From contig NC_057718.1 in NCBI RefSeq assembly GCF_004010195.1, positions 35,835,489 to 35,871,008 of the forward strand: a DNA stretch of 35,520 nucleotides, read 5' to 3'. The translations under genes and the position numbers were made by a program. Of the stretch, positions 10,576-23,512 are shown one piece after another. Under the pieces are notes generated by a model. The model was not told where the DNA came from. It searched no databases and saw only the letters and a list, made by a program, of their open reading frames with translations. The first letter of the stretch is position 1. Every line of letters begins with the position of its first letter. Source of the stretch: Chiloscyllium plagiosum (lineage: Eukaryota).

Positions 10576-12059
10576 TTTGCAAACAACAGTGTCAGCATAC
10601 AGCCTCTACAATCAGACCCAAAATAATCTTTTTACAACCACATTCTTGAACTGGCTTGACCAATACCATAGACAATTAGAGTCTTTACAAAAGTGAACAA
10701 CATACAAGCCCTTGAAATGATTCAGAGAGCAACTTCTAGATTGACACTTGTATTTATCCTAACAAGTTTTGAGATCCAAGGTTTTTAACTTCTTAAAATA
10801 TCATGTTTCTCGAAGAGTTACAATCTAGTGAGGAGTGAAACAATTAGACTCGAAACACATAGCTATATGTTTTAAGATAGATATGTTATGGAGGACCAGA
10901 GCCACTTATAGAAAATAAAAACAAAAGAGCAAAGTGTAAGTTTCATGTTCCTTTTTTTTGGAGAAAGTGGTTGGCCACTGGAATAAAGTGATAGCACATG
11001 CAGTCAGGTCTTTTTTTCCCCCCACAAGCATTCAAAAGAAAGCTAGATGAATATTAGAACTGGCAAACATCTACACAGAGAATGCTAGTGGGAAACTGGG
11101 GTCAGGGTGGAGTTCTCTGTGTGTGGTAAGTATCACAGCTCATCATGTTCTCTTGGGGTTTCCTTTATGTCTTTTAAGGGTAAGAGAGGAATTTCCCAAA
11201 GCATTTCTGCAAAGCCAGCCTAGAGAATTCAAGCAATGCATTACACCATTAGATTAGCTGCTCCTGGACAATCTTTGCTTCTGTCTTTTGTAATGGTACA
11301 AAGCCCAAAAGGAATTGACCCAATTCCTGAGTACAATGTCACAGACTGCATGTGCTATCTCTAATACTTGCACTCAATTATACTTTGTATAGAAATGAGT
11401 TTTCTTACCCCTTCTGCATCACAATGAAATAATTCCTGCAACAAGCTTTTGTGAATTGTAAAATATGATTATTTATGCTCTCACATTTAACCCAAATGAC
11501 TGCAATAATATCTACAAAATAACTCACTCATCTCACATGCACAAACATTAGGTACAGATAAAGGTAATATACTGTGACTGCTTGGAATTTTCAGTTTCTT
11601 TCATATCAAACAATTTCTTAAATAGTTTTGATGCTTAAAAGTTAAAATAAGGAGCTTGTAAATTAAAGGATTCTGAGCAAACTGTCAAATTTCATGCAGT
11701 CAGATTTCTAGGAAATCGGCCCTCAGGTGGACTTGAAGCTGGAACAAGTTTGGGGAAGCCCTTCTCTTTGTTAGGACCTCGCATTTTCAAAGTAGTGCTG
11801 TCATGACCTTGGCTGCTTGGATGACCTGTAGGTGGTTCAATGGCTGTCTGGTGGAACTTTCCAAACAGCTTCTCGTTCATTTTAAAGCAGTCAGTAACAT
11901 GACTTCCTCATGGGCAAGTTCAAAATACTTTCTCAAAATAAAGCAATAATATGTAGATAGATTCCACATCAGAATATAATGGAAAACTAATGGCATCTAT
12001 TCATCTAAATCTTACATGCATTTATGTTTATTTTTGTCTAGACTGAACCATATATTTGA

Positions 12060-13150
12060 TTTCAACTAATTTAATTTATTACTGTCACGTGTACCAAGCT
12101 ACAGGATTGTTTTATGCGCTTTACAAGCAGATTGTACTATACGAGTGCACCAGGGTAACAGAACAGAGTACAAGGTAGTGTTACAGCTGCCAAGAAGATA
12201 CAGACAGGGATCAACATTAACATTCAAGAGGTCCATTTAAAAGTCTGATAACAGCAGGGAAGAAGCTGTTCTTGAATCTGTCCGCAGGTGTATTCAAACT
12301 TTGATATCTGCTGCCAACGCAACAGGGTGGAAGAGAGTATAGCCAGGATGAGAGGGACAATATTTTGTAGATATTATTGCAGTCATTTGCGGAGTGGACT
12401 CGATGGGCCAAATGGCCTTACTTCCGCTCCTCTGTCTTATGGACATTTGATTATGTTGGTTGCTTTCTTAATGCAGCGGTAAGTATGGATGAAGTCAATG
12501 GATGGGAGACTGGTTTGCATGATGGACTGGGCTGTGTTTATAATATGTAGTTCCTTGCAGTCTTGGAAAGAACAGTTGCCATACCATGCAGTGATGCATC
12601 CAGATAGGATGCTTTGTATAAAAATTGATGAGTCTTTATGGACATGCAAAATTTCCTTAGTCTCCTGGGGTAGTAGAGGTATCGGTGTGCTTTCATGATC
12701 ATTATGTCAACATAGGTGGACCAGGTCAGATTGTTTGTGATTAGCACTCCAAAGAACTTGATGCCCTCGACCATCTCCACCTCAGCACCATTGATGCAGA
12801 CAAGGGCATGCCTTCCACCCCACTTTCTGAAGTCAATGACCAGTTCCTTCATTTTGCTAACACTGGTGGAGAGATTGTCATTTTTATGTCATGCTACGAA
12901 GCACTCAATCTCTTTCCTGTATTGTCTGGTCATTGTCTGACCTACAATGGTGCTGTCGTCAGCAAACCTGTAAATGGAGTTGGTGCAGAATTTGGCCACA
13001 CAGTCATGTGTATATAAGGAGCATAGTAGGAGGCTGAGTATGCAGCCTTGCAGTACACCAGTGAAGAAGATTATCGTAGTGGTGGTTTTGTTGCCTACTG
13101 CGGTCTGTTGGTCAGGAAATTGAGAATCCAGTTACAAAGTGGGAATCAGA
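12060..13150 (-). mobile_element. Rex1/Babar-type LINE 3' fragment, pseudogenised
   Basis: Minus-strand peptides IYRFADDSTIVG, KELVIDFRK..INGAEVEMVEGIKFFGVLITNNLTWS..RRLRKF, SILSGCITAWYGNCS and RFKNSFFPAVIRLLN are typical of Rex1/Babar RT C-termini. Confidence 0.85.
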
Positions 13151-13339
13151 GGATAGGACGGCATCTAGAATTCTATCAATCTTTTGTGTCGATCTATCCT
13201 TAAAGGGATGTCCGACATCTCCAGATAGCAGTGAATTTTCAAGTTTAATTAGGTATTCCACCGAGACTGGTTCAAATGTCAAAGCTCACATGATTTGCAG
13301 TGGCCATTTTAATAACTTCTTCCTCACCTCAGAGCTGAA

Positions 13340-14800
13340 TGGCTTACCCCTTATTTTTGGACCAACACCTCTAGTTCTGGACTTCCCAACATTAGGAACA
13401 TTCTTCTCACATCTAGCCTGTCCAGTCCCATCAGTATATGATATGTAGGGAAGTTAGCAAGACATCCTTACACCAATACTCAAATCCTCTCGCTATGAAG
13501 GCCAGCATGCCATTAACTTTCCTCACCACCTGCTGCACCTGTACCCAGGTACAATCTTTGTATCCATGTCTCGTTTTACCTCATCTTTTCTTAATCTTCT
13601 ACTATTCAGATAATAATCTGCTTTCCTGTTTTTGCGACCAAAATGGATAACCTCATATTTATCCAGGCTAGATTGTATTTACCAAGTATTTGCCCACTCA
13701 GCCAGTCTGTCCAAGTCACCCTGCAGCCTCTGAGCATCCTCCTCACAGCACAGCTTAGTGTCCCAGCTTAGTGTCATCTGCAAATTTGAAGATATTGCAT
13801 GTAATTCCATCATCCAAACCGTTAATGTAAACTGTGAATACCTGGGGTCCCAGCCTGGCATCCAATTATCAATGCCTGCCACTCTGAAAAAGACCCATTT
13901 ATTCCAACACACTGCTTCCTGTCTGCCAAATCAACTCCTACCCATATCAAGACATTACCTCCAATACCATAATTTTCCTTACTAATCTCTCATGTAGAAC
14001 CTTGTCAAAAGCCTCTCCAAAGTCCAAAAACACATCTACTGATTCACCCTTGTCCACTCTACTGGTCATATCCTCAAATAATTCCAGAAGATTTGTCAAG
14101 CATGATTTCCCTTTAGTGAATATGCTAACTAGGACTGGTTCTATCTTCGCTTTCCAAATTCTCAGTTATTATATCCTTAATAATTGACTCCAGCATCCTC
14201 CCCACCATTGATGTCAGGCTAATCGATCCATAATTCCCCATTTTCTCTCGTCCTCCTTTTTTAAAAAAAAGAGTAGTGTGACATTAAACATTCTCCAATC
14301 CACTGAAACTTTTCCAGAGTCTACAGAAAGCTTGAAAATGATCAATTTGTCCACTACTTCTAAGGCCACTTCCTTAAGTACTCTGGGATGCAGAGCATGA
14401 GGCCCTGGGAACTTATCAGGTTTTAATCCCAATTTCCCCAATATCATTTCCCAACTAATATGAATTTCCTTCAGTTCCTTCTTCATGCTTGACCCTCTGT
14501 TCACTAGCATTTCCTGAAGGCTATTTATGTTCTTCTCAGTGAAGACAGATCCAAAGTATGTGTTCAACTGGTCTGCCATTATGAATTCACAAGATTCTAA
14601 TCCAAGGGACCTATATATGTCTTCAGCAGGCATTTTCTCTTTACACATAAAAGCTTTTGCAGTCAGTTTTCACGTTTTCCACAATCTTACTTTTGTGTTT
14701 TATTTTCTCCTTCCAAATTAAACCCTTTGTCCTCCTCTGCTGAATTTTAGATTTTTCCCAGTTCTCAGGTTTGCTGTTTTCTCTAGCCATTTTGTGTCTC
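13340..14800 (-). mobile_element. Old CR1 LINE fragment
   Basis: LNTYFGSVFTE..DKFPGPHALHPRVLKEVALEVVD..DWR and EDAQRLQGDLDRLAEWANTW, with many frameshifts. Confidence 0.85.
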
Positions 14801-14807
14801 CCCTTTT

Positions 14808-16744
14808 TGGGAGATCAGGAAGGCAAAGCGGGGAATATGAGATAGCCTTGGCAGATAAGATTAAGGATAATGCAGAGACTCAAGTACATTAAGAGCAAGA
14901 CAGCAACTACAGAGAGTGAGTGAGTAGGGGCTCTTAAAGATCAAAGAGGTCGTCTTTGCATTGAACCTCAAATGGGAGAGATATTAATTTAATATTTTGC
15001 AACAGTTTTTACTGTGAAGAATGAAATGGAGGCGAGAGAACTCAGGGAAATAAATACTGATGTTTCAAAAACAGTGCTCATTACAAAAAAGTAAGTGCTA
15101 GAGGTCTTTGTAAATATAAAGGTGGATAAATCTCAGGGACCTAATCTAGTCTATCCTAGAACCAAAAAAAAGAGAAAATGCTGGAAAATCTCAGCAAGTC
15201 TGGCAGCATCTGCAAGGATAGAAAAGAGCTGACGTTTCGAGTCTAACTGACCCTTTGTCAAAGTCTATCCTAGGATGTTTTGGGAAGTTACAATGGAAAT
15301 TGCAGGGGCCCTTGCAGAAATACCTGGATTATCTATAACTACAGGTGGAGTTGCAGATGATGAGAGACAGGCTAATGCGGAGCCTTTAAGAAGGTATGTG
15401 AGGAGAAGCCTAGGAACTGTAAACTTGAGAGTTTGACCTCGGTGGTGGGTAAGTTGTTGGAGGTGATGCTGAAAGATACAATTTACATGCATTTGGAGAG
15501 GCAAGGAATGATTAGGTATAGTCAGCAGATTTTGTATCAGGGAAATCATCCTGCAAAAACTTGACTGAGTTTTTTGAGCAAGTAACTAAGATGATTGATG
15601 AGGGTAAAGCAGCAGACATTGGTTACTTGAACTTCAGCAAAGCCCTTGACAAGGTTCCATACGGTTAACAAATTAGCAAAGTTAGATTACACTAATTCAG
15701 GGTAAGCTTGCCAATTGAATACATAATTGGCTCAACCAAAGATTGACTGGTGGTGGAGGATTTTTTTTTTGGACATTAGGCATGTGACCAGTAGTATTCC
15801 ACAGGGAACAATGCCAGGTTCATTTTTGTTATTAATTTATATAAATGATTTAAGACGAGAATACAGAAGGCACAGTTAATAAGTTTGCGCATGACACTAA
15901 AATTGGTGGTATGATAGGTAGTGAGGAAGGTTATCTGAAATTACCAAGAGATTTTGATCAATTGGGTCAATGGATTGCAAAGTGGCAGATGGAGCTTAAT
16001 TTAGATAAGAGAGAGGCATTGCATTTTGGTAAAACAAACAAGGGCTGAACTTATACAATTAAAAGTAGAGCCTTGGGTAGTGTTGTAACAAGGAGACCTA
16101 GGGGTTTAGATAGCTAATTCTTTGGAAGTTTGCATCACATTCAAACAGTGTGGTTAAGATGTTTAGCACACTTGTCTTCACTGCTGAGACCTTTTGAGTA
16201 CAGGAGTTGGGACATCAGTGAGGCCTCTTCTGGAGTATCCAGTTTCTGATGCTCCATTGTAGGAAGGATATTATTAAACTGGACAGGGTTCAGAAAAGAT
16301 TCATCAGGATGTTGCTAGGAATGGAGGATTTCTGTTACAAGCAGAAGCTGGATATCTTGGACTTTTTTCACTGGAGCATGGGAGGTTGAGGGATGACCTT
16401 ATTAAAGTTTATAAAATCATGACGGGCATACGTAAAATGAATGGCTGGTGTCTTTTCGCAAGGGGATTTCAAAACTAGAGGGGGATTACTTTTAAGGTTA
16501 GAGGAGAAAGACATAAGGGACTTTTTTTTTAAATAAACATGTGTGGAATGAGCTTCCTGAGGGAGTGGTGGATGCGCATACAGTTACAATGTTTAAAAGA
16601 CATTTGAATAAGTACATTAATAAGAAATGTTTGGAGGGACATGGGCCAAGCACATGCAGGTGGGACTGGTTTAGTTTGGGATTATGGTCGGCTTGGACTG
16701 CGTAGACCGAAGGCTCTGTTTCCATACCGTATGACTCTAGTGAC
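14808..16744 (+). mobile_element. CR1/HER1 LINE, 5'-truncated and decayed
   Basis: RT motifs gacattggttacttgaacttcagcaaagcccttgacaaggttcc (D..YL.FSKA.DKVP) and aagtttgcgcatgacactaaaattggt. CR1 3' end ..tctgtttccataccgtatgactcta. Confidence 0.88.
15160..15261 (-). mobile_element. PLE-terminus-like fragment with 12-bp TSD inside CR1
   Basis: TSD agtctatcctag at 15148-15159 and 15262-15273. Insert gaaaatgctggaaaatctcagcaagtctggcagcatctg..gacgtttcgagtc..gaccc. Confidence 0.8.
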
Positions 16745-17219
16745 TGTGGATTCGAGTCCTAAAGTTATTATTTCGCCATTCAGGTTAGTTTCGGTGAAGT
16801 CATCAAAAGACATAGCACTGAGCTAGCACAGCAGGTTTCAGATTTGATTCTGTTTGTCAAGTTAAATGATTTTATTCACTGTTTAGAGCATTACATATAG
16901 TTTTGATGTTCCAGGGTAGCAAAATTCATCTTGACTTTCCTTTTGCGATTGTTATCAGCTAGCTCAGCTGGAAAGTGGTCATATGAAATAGATTGGACCC
17001 CACCTTTGTGTTCTTCACTGCCGAATGTCCAAATACTTCAGTGAATCACACAAAGATTGCAAACCAATGTACAACTGCACCCAGTGGAAAGGAATTAAAT
17101 TTGAAGAGGCTAACGTGTAAAAGATCCATTTAAACAATGAAAACACACAAACATGTTCATTCTGGTTTACTAATACTAGCTAGGAACACAGGAGTATGTG
17201 TTCAGCCTCTCGAGCTGGC

Positions 17220-17810
17220 TAGCCAGTATATTTTGCCTGTCCCTAAACACGGTTATGAAGGGAGCGCTGAGCTGCCTTCTTGAACTGCTGCAGTACACAA
17301 GCAGACCCACAATACTCTGGGAGAGAATTCCAGGATTTCCACCAAGCAACAGTGAAGGAATGACGCAGATGGTGGAAAGGCTTTGGGGAGTCAGGATGGG
17401 AGTTACTCGATGCAGTATTCCTAGCCTCTGACCGAGTCTTGTAGCCACGGTGTTTATGTGGCGAGTCCAGTTGTACTGCTGGTCAGTGGTAACCCAAGAA
17501 TGTTGAAAGTGGGGGATTCAATGATAACACCACTAAATGTCAAGGGGCAGTGGTGTCTCTCTCTCCCTCTCTCCATATGCTGCCACCTTTGTGTAGAGAT
17601 GTGCAGCAGCTGAGATGATTGACCTTCAACAACACAACCATCTTTCTATGGGCCAGGTACGACTTTAACTGGCAGAGAGTTTGCCACCAATACCCATTGG
17701 CTCCAATTATGCTGGAGCTCCTTGAAGCCACAGTGTATCGAATCCAGCCTCGATGTCACAGGCTGTCACTCTCAGCTCACCTTTGGCATTCAATTCTTCT
17801 GTTCATATAA
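17220..17810 (-). mobile_element. Old CR1/L2-group LINE fragment
   Basis: Minus-strand peptide GQRLGILHRVTPILTPQSLSTI is typical of a CR1/L2-group RT C-terminus. Confidence 0.6.
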
Positions 17811-17814
17811 CAAA

Positions 17815-18952
17815 GACGACTGATGGGTGCACAGTAGTGGATGTGATCTATATGCACTTCATTAAGGCATTCGACGAGATTCCCCATGGGAGCCTGGTTA
17901 GCAAGGTTAGATCTCACGGAATACAGGGTGAACTAGCCATTTGGATACAGAACTGGCTCAAAGGTACAAGATAGAGGGTGGTGGTGGAGGGTTATCTTTC
18001 AGACTAGAGGCCTGTGACCAGTGGAGTGCTACAAGGATTGGTGCTGGGTCCTCTACTTTTTGTCATTTACATAAATAGTTTGGATGTGAGCATAAGAGGT
18101 ACAGTTAGTAAGTTTGGAGATGACACCAAAATTGCAGGCGTAGTGAACAGCGAAGGAGGTTACCTCAGATTACAACAGGATCTTGATCAGATGGGACAAT
18201 GGGCTGTGGAGTGGCAGATGGAGTTTGATTTAGATAAATGCAAGATGCTGCATTTTGGGAAAACAAATGTTAGCAGAAATGTTGCTGAACAAAGAGACCT
18301 TGGAGTGCAGATTCATAGCTCCTTGAAAGTAGAGTTGCGGGTAGGTAGGATAGTGAAGAAGGCGTTTGGTATGCTTTCCTTTATTGGTCAGAGTACTGAG
18401 TACAGGAGTTGGGAGATCATGTTGCAGCTGGACGGGACATTGGTTAGGCCACTGTTGGAATTTTGCATGCAATTCTGGTCTCCTTCCTATCGGAAAGATG
18501 TTGCAAAAGCTGAAAGGGTTCAGAAAAGATTTACAAGGATGTTGCCAGGGTTGGAAGATTTAAGCTATAGGGAGAGGCTGAGTAGGCTGAAGCTGTTTTC
18601 CCGAGAGTGTCGGAGACGGAGATGACATTCTAGGGGATCAGGTAAATAGAAACGGCCTTTTCCCTGGGGTGGGGGAGTCCAGAACTAAAGGGCATAGGTT
18701 TAGGATGAAAGGGGTAAAATTTAAAAAAGAGACCTAAGGGGCAACCTTTTCACGCAGAGGGTGGTGTGTGTGGAATGGGCTGCCAGAGGAAGTGGTGGAG
18801 ACTGGTACAACAACATTTAAAAGGCACCTGGACGGGTACATGAATAGGAAGGGTTTAGAGGGATATGGCTGGCAAATGGGAGTAGATTAATTTAGGATAT
18901 CTAGTCGGCATGGACAAATTGGACTGTTTCCGTGCTGTACATCTCTATGACT
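17815..18952 (+). mobile_element. CR1/HER1 LINE 3' part
   Basis: VDVIYMHFIKAFDEIPHG..WIQNWL, TSGVLQGLVLGPLLFVIYIN..KFGDDTKI..LQQDLD..RVQKRFTRMLPGL, and 3' end gctgtacatctctatgact. Confidence 0.93.
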
Positions 18953-19400
18953 AATTGGCAAGAGTTAGATTTAGGATCAATAAAAGTCACAAGAAATTTA
19001 AGCTTATTTAAAAAGGACGAGAGCTATTCAAATAGTTCATACTTTAAAACCAGACGCTACAACACTCAAGTTGGTTAATTACAATGATTTATGGCTAGTG
19101 CAGCCCCAATCATGAAGCATATCAAACTAAAATTTTCAAAAGCAAAGATCAACTTTACTGTCACAAGCTAAAATTATTAGTGCAATTTTAAAAGTACAAA
19201 TAAAGTTCCTCCTTCTAATTTTGCTATATTCATATCTAATTGAACACTGAGTAAGATGGAAAAAAGAAAAATTCGGAGGGAGTAAGGATATGAAGATTTA
19301 ATATTAATATCAAACAAGCAACCTACAATGGGATCTTTGCACCAACCAGTGACCAAATAGAGCATCAGTAATTTTCTTAAAAAAAAAACAAAGAACCCAC

Positions 19401-21702
19401 AGACCGATGAGGGGAGAGGCCATTTTGGATTTGGTGCTCGGCAATGAGCCAGGACGGGTGTCAGATCTCGCGGTGGGAGAGCACTTTGGTGACAGTGATC
19501 ACAACTGCCTCACATTTACCATAGCCTTGGAGAGGGAAAGGAGCAGTTACCAAGGCAAGATATTTAATTGAGTAAATGGAAATTAGGACGCTATCAGACA
19601 GGAGTTGGGAAGTACAGACTGGGAGCAATTGTTCCACAGAAAGGGCACAGCAAACATGTGGAGACTATTTAAGGAGCAGTTGTTGTAAGTGATGCACGGA
19701 TTTGTTCCTCTGAGACAGGCGAGAAAGGGTAAGATTAGGGAACCTTGGATGACGAGAACAGAGGAGCTTCTCGTCAAACGGAAGAAGGCAGCCTACGTAA
19801 GGTGGAAGAAGCAAGGATCTAGCACAGCTTTAGAGGATTACAGGTTTATAGAAAGGAGCTCAGAAATGGACTGAGGAGAGCCAGGAGGGGGCACAAAAAA
19901 GGCTTGGCAAGAAGGATTAGGGAGAACCCCAAGGCATTTTACTCATATGTGAGGAATAAGAGAATGATCAGGGAGAAGATAGGGCCGATCAGGGATAGCA
20001 GAGGGAACTTGTGCGTGGAGTCTGAGCAGATAGGGGAAGCCCTAAATGAGTGTTTTGCTTCAGTCTTCACCAAGGAAAGGGACCTCGTTGTGAACAAAAA
20101 CTTTGAGGAGCTGGGATACTGTCTTGACCAGATCAAGATTGATGAAGTTGATGTGCTGGACATTTTGGAAAGCATTAAGATTGATAAGTCCCCAGGGTCA
20201 GACCAGATTTATCCTAGGCTGCTCCGGGAAGGAGAAAGGAGGTTGCTAAGCCACTGGCGAGGATATTTGCCGCCTCACTCTCCACGGGAGTAATATCTGA
20301 GAATTGGAAGGAGGCGAATGTTGTTCCTCTTTTCAAGGGTAAAGGTAAATCCCTGGCAATTACAGACCAGTCAGTCTTATGTCTGTGGTCAGCAAATTTT
20401 TGGAAAGAATTCTGAGGGATAGGATTTATGACTATTTGGCAAAGCATAGTGTGATTAAAGGCAGTCAGCATGGCTTTGTGAGGGGTAGGTCATGCCTCAC
20501 AAATCTTACTGAGTTCTTTGATGTGATAAGACAGGTCGACGAAGGTCGAGCAGTGGATGTGGTGTATATGGACTTCAGCAAGGCATTTGATAAGGTTCTC
20601 TATGGTAGGCTCATTCATAAAGTCAGGAAGTATGGGATACAGGGATAATTGGCTATCTGGATTCAGAATTGGTTGGCTGACAGAAGGCAGACTGTGGGTG
20701 TAGATGGAAAGTATTCTGCCTGGAGGTCAGTGTTGAGTGGGGTCCCACAGGGCTCTGTTCTTGGGCCTCTGCTCTTTGTAGTTTTATAAATGATTTGGAT
20801 GAGGAGGTTGAGGGATGGGTTAGTAAATTTGCAGATGACACAAGGGTTGGAGTTGCCATCGATAGTATCAAGGGCTACAATAGGCTGCAGCACGATATAG
20901 ACAGGATGCAGAGCTGGGCTGAGAAATGGCCCAGATGGAGTTCAACCTGGATAAATGCGAAGTGATGCATTTTGGAAGGTCGAACTCAAATGTTGAATAT
21001 AGGATTATAGACAGGACTCTTGGCAGTATGGAAGAAGAGGGTTCTGGGTGTGCAAGGACATAGATCCCTCAAAGTTGCCACCCAAGTGGATAGAGCTGTT
21101 AAGAAAGCATATGGTGTTTTGGCTTTCATTAAAAGGGCGATCGAGTTGAAGAGCCGCAAGGTTTTGCTGCAGCTCTACAAGTCCCTGGTCAGAAGAGACT
21201 TGGAATACTGTGTCCAGTTCTGGTTGCCCTACTGTAGGAAAGATACAGAGGCTTTGGAAAGAGTGCAAAGAAGGGCTTGCCTTATGAAGAAAGGTTAAGT
21301 AAACTCGGACTTTTCTCTCTAGGGAGAAGGAGGAAGAGTGGAGACCTGATCGAGGTATACAAGATAATGAGTGGAATAGATAGAGTCAATAGCCAGAGAC
21401 GTTTCCCCAGGGCAGGATTGACTGGTACGAGGAGTCATAGTTTTAAGATATTAGGAGAAAGGTATAGAGGAGACATCAGAGGTAGGTTCTTTAAGCAGAG
21501 TTGTGAATGCATGGAATGCGTTGCTAGCTGTGGTTGTGGAAGCAGGGTCATTGGGGACATTTAAGTGACTGTTGGACATGCACATGGATAGCAGTGAGTT
21601 GATGGGTGTGTAGGTTATTATATTTTACATTAGGATTAAACCTCGGCACAACATCATGGGCCAAAGGGTCTGTTCTGTGCTGTACGTTTCTATGGTCTAT
21701 GT
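19401..21702 (+). mobile_element. CR1 LINE ORF2 remnant (APE endonuclease C-terminus + RT + 3'UTR), distinct subfamily
   Basis: RPMRGEAILDLVLGNE..GDSDHN (APE end), ENPKAFYSYVRNKR, KSPGSDQIYPRLL, SQHGFVRGRSCLTNL..VDVVYMDFSKAFDKV and KFADDT, with frameshifts. Confidence 0.94.
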
Positions 21703-21703
21703 A

Positions 21704-21815
21704 ACTGCAGATGCTGGAAATTACAAAGAAAAACAGAAAATGCTGGAAAAACTCAGCAGATCTGGCAGCATCTGTGGAAAGAAAGCAGAGTTAATGCTTC
21801 AGGTCCTTCTTCAAT
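21704..21815 (-). mobile_element. Decayed PLE-terminus-like fragment
   Basis: actgcagatgctggaaat..acagaaaatgctggaaaaactcagcagatctggcagcatctgtgg, similar to the 15160 and 7990 termini. Confidence 0.65.
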
Positions 21816-22343
21816 GACATCAGTAATTTTCTGTTCTCCAAAGAAGCATAGTAAAGTTCCAACAACAAGGTAATTATTTGTTAGGTCCAAATATTTTACA
21901 TTATAATATCTTTGTATTATCAGGCTGACGTGCATTCATTCTTCAACAAATTCAAGTTTTGGGAGACATGAGGAAGAAAGAAAGTATTCAAATAAGATCT
22001 TTGTCAAAACAACTTCAAGTAACTTTCGCTAATGTGGTGCCACTATCTAAGAAAGGTGGTAAGGAAAAGCCAGGGAACTATAGACCGGTGAGCCAAACAT
22101 CAATTGTGGGCAAGTTGTTGGAGGGAATCCTGAGGGACAGAATGTACATGTATTTGGAAAAACAAGGAGTGATTAGGGATAGTCAGCATGGCTTTGTGCG
22201 TGGGAAATCATGTCTAACAAACTTGATTAAGTTTTTTGAAGAAGTAACAAAGACGATTAATGAGAACAGAGTGATGGATGTGATCTATATAGACCTCAGT
22301 AAGGCATTCGACAAGGCTCCTCATGGAAGACTGATTAGCAAGA

Positions 22344-22420
22344 GTGGAGAAAGTGAGGACTGCAGATGCTGGAGATCAGAGCTGAAAATGTGTTGCTGGA
22401 AAAGCGCAGCTGCGCTTTTC
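22344..22420. mobile_element. Short PLE family A terminal fragment with fold-back tip
   Basis: ggagaaagtgaggactgcagatgctggagatcagagctg..ttgctggaaaagcgcag|ctgcgcttttctagcaa. Direct repeat tagcaaga at 22336-22343 and 22421-22428. Confidence 0.85.
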
Positions 22421-23291
22421 TAGCAAGACTGGAGGCCTGGGACCATGCTGTGTTACAAGGATCGGTGCTGGGTCCACTGGTTTTCAACATTTATATAGAT
22501 GATTTGGATGTGAACATAGGAGGTATAGTTAGTACAACAGGATCTTGATCAGATGGCCAATGGGCTGGGGAGTGGCAGATGAAGATTAATTTAGATAAAT
22601 GCAAGGTGCTGCATTTGGAAAAGCAAATCAGAGCAGGACTTTTCCACTTAATGGTAAGGTCCTGGAAGTGCTGCTGAACAAAGAGACTTTGGAGTGCAGG
22701 TTCATAGCTTCTTGAAAGTAGAGTCACAGGTAGATAGGACAGTGAAGGCGGCATTTGGTATGCTTGGTCAGACCGTTGAATATAGGAGTTGGGAGGTCAT
22801 GCTGCGGTTGTACAGGACATGGGTTAGGCCACGTTTGAAATATTGCATGTAATTCTGGTTTCCTTCCTATCAGAAGGATGTTGTGAAACTTGAAAGGGTT
22901 CAGAAAAAAATTACAAGGATGTTGCCAGGTTGAAAGATGAATTATAGGGAGAGGCTGAAAAGGCTGGGGCTGTTTTTCCAGGAGCGTCAGAGGGTGTAGA
23001 GTGACCTTTTAGAGGTTTATAAAATCATGAGGGCATGGATAGGATAAATAGACAAGCTCTTTCCCTGGGGTGAGGGAGTCCAGAGCTAGAGGGCATAGGT
23101 TTAGGGTGAGAAGGGAAAGTTATAAAAGGGACATAAGGAGCAACTCTTTCACACGGAAGGTGGTGCGTGTATAGAACGAGCTGCCAGCGGAAGTGGTAGA
23201 GGCTGGTCCAATTGCAGCATTTAAAAGGCATCTTGCTGAATATATAAATAGAAAGGGTTTAGAGGGATATAGGTCAAGTGCTGGCATATGG

Positions 23292-23512
23292 AGGAGAAAG
23301 TGAGGTCCGCAGATGCTGGAGATCAAAGTTGAAACTTTATTGCTGGAACAGCACAGCAGGTCAGGCAGCATCCAGGGAACAGGAGATTCGACGTTTCGGG
23401 CACAGGCCCTTCTTCAGGAATCCTGAAGAAGGGCCTGTGCCTGAAACGTCGAATCTCCTGTTCCCTGGATGCTGCCTGACCTGCTGTGCTGTTCCAGCAA
23501 TAAAGTTTCAAC
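23292..23512. mobile_element. PLE family A fold-back element: 93-bp palindrome arms, 13-bp TSD
   Basis: Arms 23327-23419 / 23421-23513 around a single-base centre (23420), with one CpG-type mismatch. TSD tgctggcatatgg at 23279-23291 and 23513-23525. Confidence 0.95.
23384..23423 (-). ncRNA. Minimal type-I hammerhead ribozyme motif
   Basis: GGAUUC-CUGAAGA-A-GGGC cugu GCCC-GAA-ACGU-C-GAAUCU: 6-bp stem I, 4-bp stem II, palindromic stem III, GUC triplet (C at 23390). Confidence 0.75.

Noticed and set aside
13340..16744. Head-to-head CR1s as one twin-primed inverted insertion
   Set aside because: Both halves cover the same ORF2 region and differ at subfamily level, so they are two independent insertions.
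18014..18625. 203-aa ORF as a functional reverse transcriptase gene
   Set aside because: It is a 5'-truncated CR1 with an altered catalytic motif (FGDD), an internal deletion and flanking stops.
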